From the NCBI GenBank assembly GCA_012800155.1, contig JAAZJX010000069.1, positions 1-58,642 on the forward strand: a DNA stretch of 58,642 nucleotides. Reading direction: 5' to 3'. The notes under the pieces are model-generated. The model was not told the DNA's origin, ran no database searches, and saw nothing but the letters and a program-made list of their open reading frames with translations. Of this stretch, positions 1 through 9,371 are shown in pieces. Position 1 is the stretch's first letter. Every line of letters starts with the position of its first letter. The DNA comes from Candidatus Magasanikiibacteriota bacterium (GTDB taxonomy: Bacteria > Patescibacteriota > Patescibacteriia > Magasanikbacterales > UBA922). Both the position numbers and the translations under genes were made by a program.

Positions 1-142
1 AATCTTAGACTTAGGTATTTTACCTTCAGATTTTATTCAGTCTGAAGAAGTTAAAGAAATTGCTAAAGAAGGTTTGAGAGAAAGTTTAAAAAATAGTTGG
101 ATAAACGAAGCTAAAGAAATCTTAGACTTAGGTATTTTACCT
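1..142 (+). repeat. Direct repeat of an identical 25-mer (1..25 and 118..142, period 117 nt = 39 codons) inside the 5' end of the large ORF
   Basis: aatcttagacttaggtattttacct occurs at 1..25 and again at 118..142. Both copies encode ILDLGILP in the same frame. Confidence 0.9.
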
Positions 143-2632
143 CCAGAAATAGATCATATTAATTTTTCAATAAATTCTTTTGTAGAAAAATTAAATATAA
201 AAACATGGGAAGAATTATTAAGAGAAAATCAAAATAATTTATCTTATTTAAGTTGGCTTATTGAACATAATTATGAATGTTTTTTTAATAGAGAAGATTT
301 AAATAAAATTGATCAAAGAGTAAAAATAACTTACCCAGAAGCTCATGTAGCTAAACAAAATGGTATTGATATTTTTACAAAAGATGCTGGTAAAAGTATT
401 TATGAAAGTATTATAAATAATGATGAACTTCCTGAATGGCAGGATGAACAAAATGTTTCTATGCCATTTCAGCGTGGAGCTGAGATATTTGGTTATGATA
501 AAATGTTTACTTATTGTCAGCGTCAAGATCTTTCTCGTCATGATGCTTTACACCAACTTGGTTATGTGATTGCGATGTATGAATCTAGTAATCTTTCAGA
601 AAAAGAATTTTTTGGTAATATTCTTTTTCAAGTTAATAAAGATGGCGCTAGATATGATTCTGGTACAGCTCATCATGAATTTAATCATGTGGCTGTGAAT
701 TTTAATTCTAATATTGAAGAAATTTTAGCTCAAGTAAAAAAATATGCTGATGTAGATAAATTGCAACAATTAGCTCAAGATTTGTCTTCACAAGAACAAA
801 TTTTTGCTTCGTGGAAAAACTTATATAAATATTATGAACTTTGTCAATTATTAAAGAAAATTGAAATTTTAAAGGATTTACAAAAACTTAAACAAGAGGG
901 AAAAGCAGAATTATATAAATACATAGAAACTTTGGCTTTTCATCCAAATATTAGCATGCAAGCTGTTTTAGAATTTTGGCGTAGTCCAGCTAAATTTTTA
1001 GAAATTGATGATGGACATTCACAGAGTGCGCATGAAAACAAAAAACCTTCTAATTATGTGGAAATACCTTATTTAGATTTAAATGCAGAGAATTTACGAG
1101 ATGCTTTGGTGGAAGGTAGTTTGGATGAATTACAAGTTTTTCAACCATTTGAAATTGAATATGAACTTCCTTTTGAAAAAAGAAGAGAACAAGAGCCAGA
1201 AAAAACAATTAGAACTATATTAAGAGAGCAATTAGGTTATTTTGATTTAAAACAAAACAAGCGGATTCCTGGAAGTAGAAAAAAACCAGGAGATTTAATT
1301 CGTTTAATTGGAGAATTACTAAAAGAAAATGATATAGATTTTAAAGAATATATACGAAATGAAGAAGAACAGGAATTATCTCCAGAAATACAAAAACAAA
1401 TATTACAGTTTTTGGGAATGGATAATAAAAAACAACAAACAGTTGGTCAGACAATTAAATATCGTGCTAAAATTAATGCTAAATCAGATCCAGAGGGTGT
1501 CGTAGCAGGTAATGATACTTCTTGTTGTATGCCGTTTGGTTCTGGTAAAAATAATATTTATACTTTTAATCCAGATTGCACTATTTTTACTTTACAACAA
1601 CAACGCCCAGATAATACTTGGCGTACCATAGCTCAAAGTGTCTTGACTAAAGATGTAGATATAAAGGAAAATGTTCAAAAAGTTTTTTCAGCCATGCAAG
1701 ATACAAATAAACCAGCTATTCAAGATATTCTTCCTGAAGATATTTTAACTCAGTCAGAATTTATTTTAGCTTGTGATAATGTAGAAGTAACACCTAATGT
1801 AAGAAGTAATGAGTTAATTACAAGACAAATAGAAATGATTTATCAAGATTTTATGTTTGAGTATTTAAGTAGATATGGTGAAAGAGATAATCTTCGACAA
1901 GAACAAGTTGTTATCGGTAAAGGCTTTTCTGATAGTTTGACAAATTTACCTGAAGTAAAAAATACTTATGTTCCAGCTGCTCCTGTAGCTTATACTGATA
2001 AAAGTCATTCTACAGTATATTCTTTAACACCTCAAAAAATTGAAGATGAAATTGTATCTAAAAAAATTATTGAATATGATAGTCAACAAAGAGATTCATA
2101 TCAATCTAGTCAACCGGGTGTTTCTTTACTTACTTTTGAAGATTCTCTCCGAGTAGCTTTTATAGAAGGTAAAGCCTATGCTGACAATAAAACTTTAATA
2201 CAACATATTCATAATATGGAAAATGGTCTTATTGCTAAAGATATTAACAATCAGCAAAAAGATCGACCAAATATGAGTTTTAAATATGAGGATAAAAATA
2301 AAAAAATGCAAGGTTATATTTTTGCTTATGAAGGTGTAGTGGGCAATGAAAAAATGATTTATGTAACAGATATTGCTGTGAATGAAAAAGGTAAGGGTGC
2401 TGGCTTGGCTTTAATGATAGCTTTTTTAGAAAGATATAAAATAGAATATTTAGCGAATAATAATCCTTTACCAATTTATGCTCAAATGCGTGAACAAACA
2501 TCTTATTCTATGATTAAGAGTAAATTATCTGAATTTAGTCGTCTTTTGGGTGTAAAATTAGATTTAGAAGAACATGGTACATACAGACAAGGTGAGGATA
2601 TTATGCATGAAGTTGTAATAAGAGTAAAATAA
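2..2632 (+). CDS. Large multidomain protein, 5'-partial (frame open to window edge); HExxH motif; C-terminal GNAT-like acetyltransferase domain
   Basis: The frame of the 74..2632 ORF has no stop back to nt 2, so the TTG 'start' at 74 is an edge artefact. HEFNH lies at nt 674..688. The C-terminus (about nt 2120..2629) has a GNAT motif-A-like segment, IYVTDIAVNEKGKGAGLALMIAFLE. The remainder has no family I recognise. Confidence 0.7.
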   Translation: MLDLGILPSDFIQSEEVKEIAKEGLRESLKNSWINEAKEILDLGILPPEIDHINFSINSFVEKLNIKTWEELLRENQNNLSYLSWLIEHNYECFFNREDLNKIDQRVKITYPEAHVAKQNGIDIFTKDAGKSIYESIINNDELPEWQDEQNVSMPFQRGAEIFGYDKMFTYCQRQDLSRHDALHQLGYVIAMYESSNLSEKEFFGNILFQVNKDGARYDSGTAHHEFNHVAVNFNSNIEEILAQVKKYADVDKLQQLAQDLSSQEQIFASWKNLYKYYELCQLLKKIEILKDLQKLKQEGKAELYKYIETLAFHPNISMQAVLEFWRSPAKFLEIDDGHSQSAHENKKPSNYVEIPYLDLNAENLRDALVEGSLDELQVFQPFEIEYELPFEKRREQEPEKTIRTILREQLGYFDLKQNKRIPGSRKKPGDLIRLIGELLKENDIDFKEYIRNEEEQELSPEIQKQILQFLGMDNKKQQTVGQTIKYRAKINAKSDPEGVVAGNDTSCCMPFGSGKNNIYTFNPDCTIFTLQQQRPDNTWRTIAQSVLTKDVDIKENVQKVFSAMQDTNKPAIQDILPEDILTQSEFILACDNVEVTPNVRSNELITRQIEMIYQDFMFEYLSRYGERDNLRQEQVVIGKGFSDSLTNLPEVKNTYVPAAPVAYTDKSHSTVYSLTPQKIEDEIVSKKIIEYDSQQRDSYQSSQPGVSLLTFEDSLRVAFIEGKAYADNKTLIQHIHNMENGLIAKDINNQQKDRPNMSFKYEDKNKKMQGYIFAYEGVVGNEKMIYVTDIAVNEKGKGAGLALMIAFLERYKIEYLANNNPLPIYAQMREQTSYSMIKSKLSEFSRLLGVKLDLEEHGTYRQGEDIMHEVVIRVK

Positions 2633-2703
2633 GCTCTGTGATTAATTTTTCTTGACCTTTTTTAAAGTTTGTTATAAAATAATGTTCGAATTTATTTTTA
2701 GTT

Positions 2704-4761
2704 ATGAAAAGAAACAAAACCAATATTCGTTCTAAACTCCGTTGGGGGATAGTAGGTATATTCGTACTTATGATAGTAGCGAGTTTTTTTGATTTTCCAG
2801 TTTATGCCAACAAAGGTTTGGATTTTATAAATGATAATTTACATCTTGGTTTACCTCGTTTACCAGAAAAAAATTTTAATTTAGGATTGGATCTTCAAGG
2901 TGGAGCTCAATTGATTTATCAAGCTGATACTACAAATATTGCTAATAATGAAATAGGAACAGCTGTTGAAGGTGTGAGAGATGTTATTGAACGCCGAATA
3001 AATTCTTTAGGAGTTTCTGAACCAATTGTTCAAACTAATAAAATTGGTGAAGAGTATCGTATTTCAGTAGAATTAGCTGGAGTAACAGATATCAAAGAGG
3101 CTATTGCTATGATTGGTGGTACACCAATTTTGGAATTTAAAGAAATAAATAATGAGCCAGCTCGAGAATTAACTGCTGAAGAAAAGAAAGAAATGGATAA
3201 TTATAATAAAGAAGCAAAAATTAAAGCTAATCAAGCTTTGCAAAAAGTAAAAGCTGGTACAGATTTTGCTTCTGTAGTTGCAGAATATTCTGAAGATATG
3301 ATAAGTAAAAATAATGCTGGTTATATGGGATATTTAAGCAATAATACTATTTATCCAGAAATTTATGCTTGGGCCAGTACTAATGCAGAAGGATCAATTA
3401 GTAAAACTTTATTAGAAACAACTGATGGTTATAATATTTTAAAACGCGGTGGAGAACAAGAAGGAGAAATTGAAGTTAAGGCTAGTCATATTTTGATTTG
3501 TTATCTTGGTTCTCAAGGTTGTGAAAATCCTATTTATACCAAAGAAGAAGCTAGAGCTAAAGCTCAAGAAATTTATAATCAAGCCAATGCTACAAATTTT
3601 GCTCAATTAGCTAAAGAAAATTCATCTGATCCTGGTAGCAAAGATAATGGTGGAGAATTAGGTTGGTTTGGAAAAGGAGTTATGATACCTGAGTTTGAAA
3701 AAGCAATTTTTGATAATACTCAAGTAGGAGAAATTGTTGGTCCGGTTGAAACAGCTTTTGGTTTTCATATAATTTATAAAGTTGATGAGAGAAGAAGTAA
3801 AACTTATGAAGTATCTAGAATTTTAATAAATACTAAAACAGAAACTGATATTATTCCTCCTCAGGATATTTGGAAAAATACTGATTTATCGGGAAAACAA
3901 TTAGAAAAAGCTGAAGTGGTATCTGATCCTCAAACAGGAGCGGTGCAAGTTTCTTTATCTTTTGATAATGAAGGTAAACAATTATTTGCAGATATTACAG
4001 AAAGAAATGTTGGTCAGCCTGTGGCTATTTTCTTAGATGGAGAACCAATCAGCGTACCAACAGTCAATGATGTTATCCGTGATGGTCGGGCTGTGATCAG
4101 TGGTAATTTTAATATCAAAGAAGCACAATTACTTTCTCAAAGATTGAATACTGGTGCTTTGCCAGTACCTATTGAGTTAGTTAGTCAACAAACTGTTGGC
4201 GCTAGTTTAGGTATTCAATCATTACAATTAAGTTTGAGAGCTGGAATAATTGGTATTTTAGCTATTATGTTGTTTATGTTGTTGTATTATCGTTTACCAG
4301 GATTTTTATCAGTAATTGCTTTGACAGTTTATGTATTTACTACTTTGGCTTTATTTAAATTAATTGGAGTAACTTTGACTTTGTCTGGTATTGCTGGTTT
4401 TATTTTGTCAATCGGTATGGCAGTAGATGCGAATGTATTGATTTTTGAACGCATGAAAGAAGAATTAAGAGCTGGAAAAACTTTACGAGTAGCCGTAGAA
4501 GAAGGATTTTTAAGAGCTTGGACTTCTATTCGTGATAGTAATCTTTCTACTTTGATTAGTTGTGTATTGTTGATGTGGATTGGTACTGGATTTGTAAAAG
4601 GTTTTGCTGTTACTTTGTCAATTGGTATTTTAGTTAGCATGTTCACTGCAATCACTGTTAGCAGAACAATGTTGCGTTTTGTTTGTCCATGGTTTAGTGA
4701 ATATGGTAATTGGTTGTTCTTGGGTTCTTGCAAACAAGAAAAAACGGAGGTGAAAAAATAA
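2704..4761 (+). CDS. secD: Protein translocase subunit SecD with inserted parvulin-type PPIase domain(s)
   Basis: N-terminal TM helix. SecD periplasmic motifs are present: LGLDLQGGAQLIYQAD, RINSLGVSEPIVQ, VAIFLDGEPISVPTV, ISGNF..EAQLLSQRLNTGALPVP. The C-terminus is a 6-TM RND-like domain. Immediately followed by secF. Confidence 0.93.
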   Translation: MKRNKTNIRSKLRWGIVGIFVLMIVASFFDFPVYANKGLDFINDNLHLGLPRLPEKNFNLGLDLQGGAQLIYQADTTNIANNEIGTAVEGVRDVIERRINSLGVSEPIVQTNKIGEEYRISVELAGVTDIKEAIAMIGGTPILEFKEINNEPARELTAEEKKEMDNYNKEAKIKANQALQKVKAGTDFASVVAEYSEDMISKNNAGYMGYLSNNTIYPEIYAWASTNAEGSISKTLLETTDGYNILKRGGEQEGEIEVKASHILICYLGSQGCENPIYTKEEARAKAQEIYNQANATNFAQLAKENSSDPGSKDNGGELGWFGKGVMIPEFEKAIFDNTQVGEIVGPVETAFGFHIIYKVDERRSKTYEVSRILINTKTETDIIPPQDIWKNTDLSGKQLEKAEVVSDPQTGAVQVSLSFDNEGKQLFADITERNVGQPVAIFLDGEPISVPTVNDVIRDGRAVISGNFNIKEAQLLSQRLNTGALPVPIELVSQQTVGASLGIQSLQLSLRAGIIGILAIMLFMLLYYRLPGFLSVIALTVYVFTTLALFKLIGVTLTLSGIAGFILSIGMAVDANVLIFERMKEELRAGKTLRVAVEEGFLRAWTSIRDSNLSTLISCVLLMWIGTGFVKGFAVTLSIGILVSMFTAITVSRTMLRFVCPWFSEYGNWLFLGSCKQEKTEVKK
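3472..3789 (+). other. PpiC/parvulin peptidyl-prolyl isomerase domain embedded in the SecD periplasmic region (aa 257-362)
   Basis: KASHILICY...SSDPGSKDNGGELGWFGKGVMIPEFEKAIF...VGEIVGPVETAFGFHIIYKV matches the canonical parvulin pattern (His-strand, S.D..s...GG.LG.f, FG.HII). A degenerate second parvulin-like segment precedes it (aa 172-248, nt 3217..3447). Confidence 0.8.
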
Positions 4762-4762
4762 T

Positions 4763-5680
4763 ATGCAAATTAATTTTATTGGAAAAAGAAATTTTACTTT
4801 TACTATCTCTGGAATTTTGTTTATAACGGCTTTATTCTTTTTGTTTGTTTTTGGTTTAAAACCGGGTATGGATTTTACAGGTGGATCTTTATTAGAAGTT
4901 AGTTTTTCTAATAATCGTCCAGAAGTAACACAAGTTAGAGAGTTAGTTCAAAGTATGAATTTTGGCACAGTTGTAGTACAAACTACAGATAATAATGGAG
5001 TTATTATTAAAACTAAATTTTTAACAGAAGAAGAACATCAAAATTTATTATCTAATTTAAGAACTAATTTTGAAAATGAAGAAAGTAAAGTTTTGGAACA
5101 AAGATTTGAAACTATTGGTTCTTCTGTCAGTTCTTCTTTACGTAATCGTTCGTTTACAGCTATTATTACTGTTTGTATTGGTATTATTTTATTTATTGCT
5201 TATGCATTTAGAAAAGTTTCTCGACCAGTAGCTTCTTGGAAATATGGTGCAGTAGCAGTAGTTGGTTTAGTGCATAATATAGTAATTACAGCAGGAGTTT
5301 TTGCAATTTTAGGTAAATTTGCTGGAGTAGAAGTGGATACAGCTTTTGTAGTGGCTTTATTGACAGTACTTGGTTATTCAGTTAATGATACGATTGTAGT
5401 TTTTGATCGAATTAGAGAAAATCTTATTAAGCATAGTGTGGATGATTTTTCGAGTTTGGTAAATAAAGCTATTAATGATACTATTGCTCGATCTATCAAT
5501 ACTACTTTGACTACTTTATTAGCTTTGTCAGCTTTGTATTTTTTCGGTGGCGTAACAATAAAAAACTTTTCTTTAGCTTTGATAATTGGTATTTTTTTAG
5601 GCGCTTATTCATCTATTTTTGTAGCCAGTCCATTATTAGTAGTTTGGCATAATTGGGATGAAAAAAGAAGAAATAAATAA
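4763..5680 (+). CDS. secF: Protein translocase subunit SecF
   Basis: MDFTGGSLLEV motif and a 6-TM domain containing GYSVNDTIVVFDRIRE. The start lies 1 nt after the secD stop, with a GGAGGTG Shine-Dalgarno inside the secD 3' end. Confidence 0.93.
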   Translation: MQINFIGKRNFTFTISGILFITALFFLFVFGLKPGMDFTGGSLLEVSFSNNRPEVTQVRELVQSMNFGTVVVQTTDNNGVIIKTKFLTEEEHQNLLSNLRTNFENEESKVLEQRFETIGSSVSSSLRNRSFTAIITVCIGIILFIAYAFRKVSRPVASWKYGAVAVVGLVHNIVITAGVFAILGKFAGVEVDTAFVVALLTVLGYSVNDTIVVFDRIRENLIKHSVDDFSSLVNKAINDTIARSINTTLTTLLALSALYFFGGVTIKNFSLALIIGIFLGAYSSIFVASPLLVVWHNWDEKRRNK

Positions 5681-5690
5681 TAATTAAATA

Positions 5691-5720
5691 AAAATCCCCC
5701 TACTGGTGGGGTTTTTTATT
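5691..5720 (+). terminator. Probable intrinsic terminator after secF
   Basis: aaaatcccc-ctactggt-ggggtttttt: a short G/C stem flanked by an A-run and a T-run. Confidence 0.5.
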
Positions 5721-5726
5721 TTTTTG

Positions 5727-5735
5727 TGGTATAAT
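5727..5735 (+). promoter_or_regulatory. Extended -10 promoter element (TGgTATAAT) upstream of the 53-aa/484-aa gene pair
   Basis: tggtataat lies directly downstream of the secF terminator and about 95 nt upstream of the ATG at 5830. Confidence 0.45.
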
Positions 5736-5829
5736 GTTAATAAGTTAAAATTTATAGAATTTGAAAGTCTAAAATTTTGTTTTTTATATTTTATAGACAT
5801 AAGATTTTATAAATCTTAAAATTAATTTT

Positions 5830-5991
5830 ATGTCAGATAATTTTATTCGTCATTTGATATCTTTAGCTGTTACTATTGCTGTTGGTTTAGCTTGGTTGTC
5901 AGGTTATTTTTCTAGTTTAAATGGTTGGTGGTGGACAGTTTTTGGTATCATTATAATTTATGTTATTATTTATAAATTAATAGAAGTCTAA
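5830..5991 (+). CDS. Small hydrophobic membrane protein (53 aa, two predicted TM helices), not in ORF track
   Basis: My translation is MSDNFIRHLISLAVTIAVGLAWLSGYFSSLNGWWWTVFGIIIIYVIIYKLIEV. The stop is at 5989..5991 and the next ATG at 5994 (coupled). No family recognised. Confidence 0.45.
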   Translation: MSDNFIRHLISLAVTIAVGLAWLSGYFSSLNGWWWTVFGIIIIYVIIYKLIEV

Positions 5992-5993
5992 AT

Positions 5994-7448
5994 ATGTTTT
6001 TAGGTCCTTTTTATATTGATTTAGATTTAATATTACAGTTTTTTTTGCGTCCTACTTTTGAAGTAGTTTTTGATGTTGTCATTATTATTGGTTGGGTAGT
6101 GTTAGCTTATTTATTATTTTTTCTTTCAGTTTATTATTGGATAGAATATAAAACTAATCATTATACTGCTGATTGGAAATGGGTTTTATTAGCGATTGAT
6201 GTTCCTTTAGAAAATGTTCAAACTCCAAAAGCTGTAGAACAGTTATTTGCTCATTTAGCTGGAGCTTTTGATAGTTTGAATATAGAAAAAGTTTTCAAAA
6301 ATGGAGTTAGACAACGATGGTTTAGTTTTGAAATTATTAGTATTGAAGGTTATATTCAGTTTTTAGTTCGGACTGAAGAAATTTTTCGTGATTTAATAGA
6401 AGCAGCTATTTATGCGCAATATCCAGATGCAGATATTACTGAAGTAGAAGATTATGTTGATATTGCTCCAGAAATTTATCCAGATCCAGATTATGATGTT
6501 TGGGTAGGAGATTTTTCTTTAGCTGAGAATGATGCTTTTCCAATTAGAACTTATAGATATTTTGAACACAATATATCCAAAGATACAGTTTTAAAAGATC
6601 CAATGAGTGCCTTTTTAGAAAGTTTTTCTAGAATTGGTTCAGGAGAACAAATGTGGTTTCAAATAATTATTGAACCTATTTCTAATAGTTGGAAAGAAGA
6701 TGCTATTAAAAAAATTAAAGAAGTTATTGGAGATGTTAGCACTAAGAAAAAATCTGGTTTTGGTTTACCTTTTGAAAGAGAAGTTGCTAAAACTTGGGAT
6801 GAAATTAGCGCTCAAGTTTTTGGAACTATTAGAGCTGAAAATGGAGAAGAAAAAAGTAAACAATCTGAACCAAATCAACTTAAATATCTTACACCAGGAC
6901 AAACAAAAATAGTTGAAGCTATGGAAGAAAAAATTACTAAAGTTGGATTTAAAACCAAAATGCGAGGAGTTTATTTAGCTAGAAATGAAGTTTTTAAATC
7001 AGAAAGAGGAATCAATGCTTTGGTGGGAGCTATACAACAATTTAATATACCTAGTGCCAATTCTATTGTGCCAAAATTTACTACAAGTGTATTTTATTTT
7101 GGAAAAGAAAAAAAATCTGCTCTCAGAAAAGCTAATTTAATTAAGGCTTATAAAAATAGAAAAATAAAGACTGGTAGTAATCCTTTTGTGTTAAATACAG
7201 AAGAGCTAGCTACTATTTGGCATTTTCCTATGTCTCATGTGAAAACACCTCAAGTACAAAAAACTATTTCTAAACGCTCAGAACCTCCAGTTGGTTTACC
7301 TATAGAATCAATATATAATCAGGTAGTAAGCAATATACAAGATCGAGATGAATCTAAAATAATAAAAAAAGATAAAAATGAGACAACAAAATATCAAACA
7401 GATTCTGGCAGTATTGGTAATGACGATAATATAATAAAATTTGGTTAA
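5994..7448 (+). CDS. Membrane-anchored protein of unknown function (484 aa)
   Basis: N-terminal TM helix or helices (VVIIIGWVVLAYLLFFLSVYYW) followed by a large soluble domain. No Walker A, HExxH or other catalytic motif seen. A conserved-looking segment, EELATIWHFP, lies near the C-terminus. Confidence 0.6.
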   Translation: MFLGPFYIDLDLILQFFLRPTFEVVFDVVIIIGWVVLAYLLFFLSVYYWIEYKTNHYTADWKWVLLAIDVPLENVQTPKAVEQLFAHLAGAFDSLNIEKVFKNGVRQRWFSFEIISIEGYIQFLVRTEEIFRDLIEAAIYAQYPDADITEVEDYVDIAPEIYPDPDYDVWVGDFSLAENDAFPIRTYRYFEHNISKDTVLKDPMSAFLESFSRIGSGEQMWFQIIIEPISNSWKEDAIKKIKEVIGDVSTKKKSGFGLPFEREVAKTWDEISAQVFGTIRAENGEEKSKQSEPNQLKYLTPGQTKIVEAMEEKITKVGFKTKMRGVYLARNEVFKSERGINALVGAIQQFNIPSANSIVPKFTTSVFYFGKEKKSALRKANLIKAYKNRKIKTGSNPFVLNTEELATIWHFPMSHVKTPQVQKTISKRSEPPVGLPIESIYNQVVSNIQDRDESKIIKKDKNETTKYQTDSGSIGNDDNIIKFG

Positions 7449-7472
7449 AACTCACTTTCCAAAGTGAGTTTT
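7447..7472 (+). terminator. Intrinsic terminator after the 484-aa gene
   Basis: aaaactcact-ttccaa-agtgagtttt: a perfect inverted repeat overlapping the stop codon. Confidence 0.6.
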
Positions 7473-7560
7473 AAGACTATTGATTTATTCTTGTTTTTGA
7501 GATAGTCTATAAATATTATTGATTTAAAATTTAAAGATAAATAAAAAAGTTGATTAAATT

Positions 7561-9342
7561 ATGTCAGATGAAATTCAACAAATAAAAGATAAAATTGATG
7601 TAGCAGATTTAATTGGTGAATATATTCAATTAAAACCAGCAGGTGCAAATAAAAAAGGTTTATGTCCTTTTCATAATGAGAAAACTCCATCATTTATGGT
7701 TAGTAGTGAAAGACAAAATTGGCATTGTTTTGGTTGTGGAAAAGGTGGAGATATTTTTTCTTTTATTCAAGAAATGGAAGGTATGGAATTTGTGGAAGCT
7801 TTGCGTTATTTGGCCAATCGAGCGGGAATAGAATTATCAAATCGTCGCAGTGAAGTAGATAATAATCAAAAAAATAGAATTAAACAAATCAATAAAGAAG
7901 CTGCTCGTTTTTTTTATAATTTTTTAATAAAAATGTCTACAGCAAAAGACGCTTTGAAATATTTAGAAGAAAGAGGAATAAAATTAGAAACTATTGATGA
8001 ATGGCAAATTGGTTTTATTCCTGAGCAGTGGGATTTATTAACTCAGTATTTATTAAAAAAAGGTTTTGCAGTTGATGATTTAGTTGCTTCAGGTTTGACT
8101 ATTAGAAAAGAAGGTACTGAATCAGGTGGAGTAAGAGGTTTTTATGATCGTTTTCGTGGTCGGATTATGTTTCCTATTCGTGATGTTCATGGTGAAGTAG
8201 TTGGTTTTACTGGAAGAATTTTGGTAGAAAAAGAAAATTCTGGAGGTAAATATGTAAATACTCCACAAACAATAGTTTATGATAAATCTAGAGTAATATT
8301 TGGTTTAGAAAAAGCAAAACAAGAAGTTAAAACTAAAGATTTAGTAGTAATTGTTGAAGGTCAGATGGATGCAATTGCTTGTCATCAAGCTGGTATGAAA
8401 AATGTAGTAGCTTCTTCTGGTACAGCTTTGACTGAAGAACAAATAAAATTATTACAGCGTTATTCCAAAAATATCAATATGGCTTTTGATGTTGATGACG
8501 CTGGTCAAAATGCAGCTAAGAGAGGAATTGATTTAGCTATTGAAGCGGGAATGAGAGTTCGGGTGATTCGTATTCCTGAAGGAAAAGGAAAAGATCCAGA
8601 TGAATGTTTAAAAAAAAATCCAGATATTTGGTTTGAAGCAGTTAATAATGCTCAAGATGTGATGGATTGGTATTTTTCCAAAGTTTTTTCTAAAAAAGAT
8701 ATTACTAATTATCAAGAAAAACAACAAGCAGTAGATGAAATATTATTAGAAATTGCGCGTATTCCTTATGCAGTAGAAAAAGATCATTGGTTGAGAAAAC
8801 TTTCTGAAATTGTTAGAGTGGATGTTGTGGTATTAAGAGATGATCTAAAAAGAGTAGCTACCAAAAAAAATGTGAATAAATTGAATTCAGCTGAAAAAAA
8901 ATTAGAATCTGAAAAAATTATAAAAAAAGATCCTTTAGCTTTATTATTAGAAAGATTATTAGCTTTAATTTTGAAATATCCTTTTTTAAGAGAAAAGTTA
9001 TTAAAATCAGGATTGGAAAAAATTATTGAAGAAAGTATTTTTAATTCTCTTTACGAATTGATAAAAAAAGAGTATACTTTAGAAGAAATTAAAAATCAGG
9101 TAAAAGCTGAAGATAAAAAAAATTTAGATATTTTACTCTTGCAATCAGAATGGGAGTTTTCTAATTTTTTAGAAGAAGATGCTAAAAAAGAATTAGAAAA
9201 TATTATTGTTTTAATAAAAACAAGGTGGAAAAGAAAAAAAAATGAAGAATTAAAAATAAAAATTGCTCAAGCTGCAAAAAATAATGACAGAGAAAAAGAA
9301 AATGCTTTAATTGCTGAGTGGACTCAAATTAATCAATTATAA
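7561..9342 (+). CDS. dnaG: DNA primase DnaG
   Basis: CHC2 zinc finger ([18 protein letters not shown]), an RNA polymerase core region, and a TOPRIM motif ([16 protein letters not shown]). Classic dnaG-rpoD adjacency. Confidence 0.95.
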   Translation: MSDEIQQIKDKIDVADLIGEYIQLKPAGANKKGLCPFHNEKTPSFMVSSERQNWHCFGCGKGGDIFSFIQEMEGMEFVEALRYLANRAGIELSNRRSEVDNNQKNRIKQINKEAARFFYNFLIKMSTAKDALKYLEERGIKLETIDEWQIGFIPEQWDLLTQYLLKKGFAVDDLVASGLTIRKEGTESGGVRGFYDRFRGRIMFPIRDVHGEVVGFTGRILVEKENSGGKYVNTPQTIVYDKSRVIFGLEKAKQEVKTKDLVVIVEGQMDAIACHQAGMKNVVASSGTALTEEQIKLLQRYSKNINMAFDVDDAGQNAAKRGIDLAIEAGMRVRVIRIPEGKGKDPDECLKKNPDIWFEAVNNAQDVMDWYFSKVFSKKDITNYQEKQQAVDEILLEIARIPYAVEKDHWLRKLSEIVRVDVVVLRDDLKRVATKKNVNKLNSAEKKLESEKIIKKDPLALLLERLLALILKYPFLREKLLKSGLEKIIEESIFNSLYELIKKEYTLEEIKNQVKAEDKKNLDILLLQSEWEFSNFLEEDAKKELENIIVLIKTRWKRKKNEELKIKIAQAAKNNDREKENALIAEWTQINQL

Positions 9343-9371
9343 AAATAAAATTAATTAATAATTATTTTCTC

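Noticed and set aside
74-76. TTG at 74 as the start codon of the 852-aa ORF
   Set aside because: The same frame is open without a stop back to nt 2 and continues the 39-aa repeat pattern. The gene is therefore truncated by the window edge, and the TTG is only the first permitted start codon in the track.
299-541. Short ORFs nested in or antisense to larger genes. In arm A these are 299..541, 2280..2501, 4329..4733, 6670..6912, 7643..7831, 11893..12153, 24348..24563, 24730..25017, 24882..25070, 25781..25981 and 26648..26860, each with a mirror in arm B.
   Set aside because: All lie entirely inside strongly supported conserved genes. Their translations are low-complexity and rich in I/L/K/F/N, as expected from stop-poor alternative frames of AT-rich DNA. 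None has a convincing start context.
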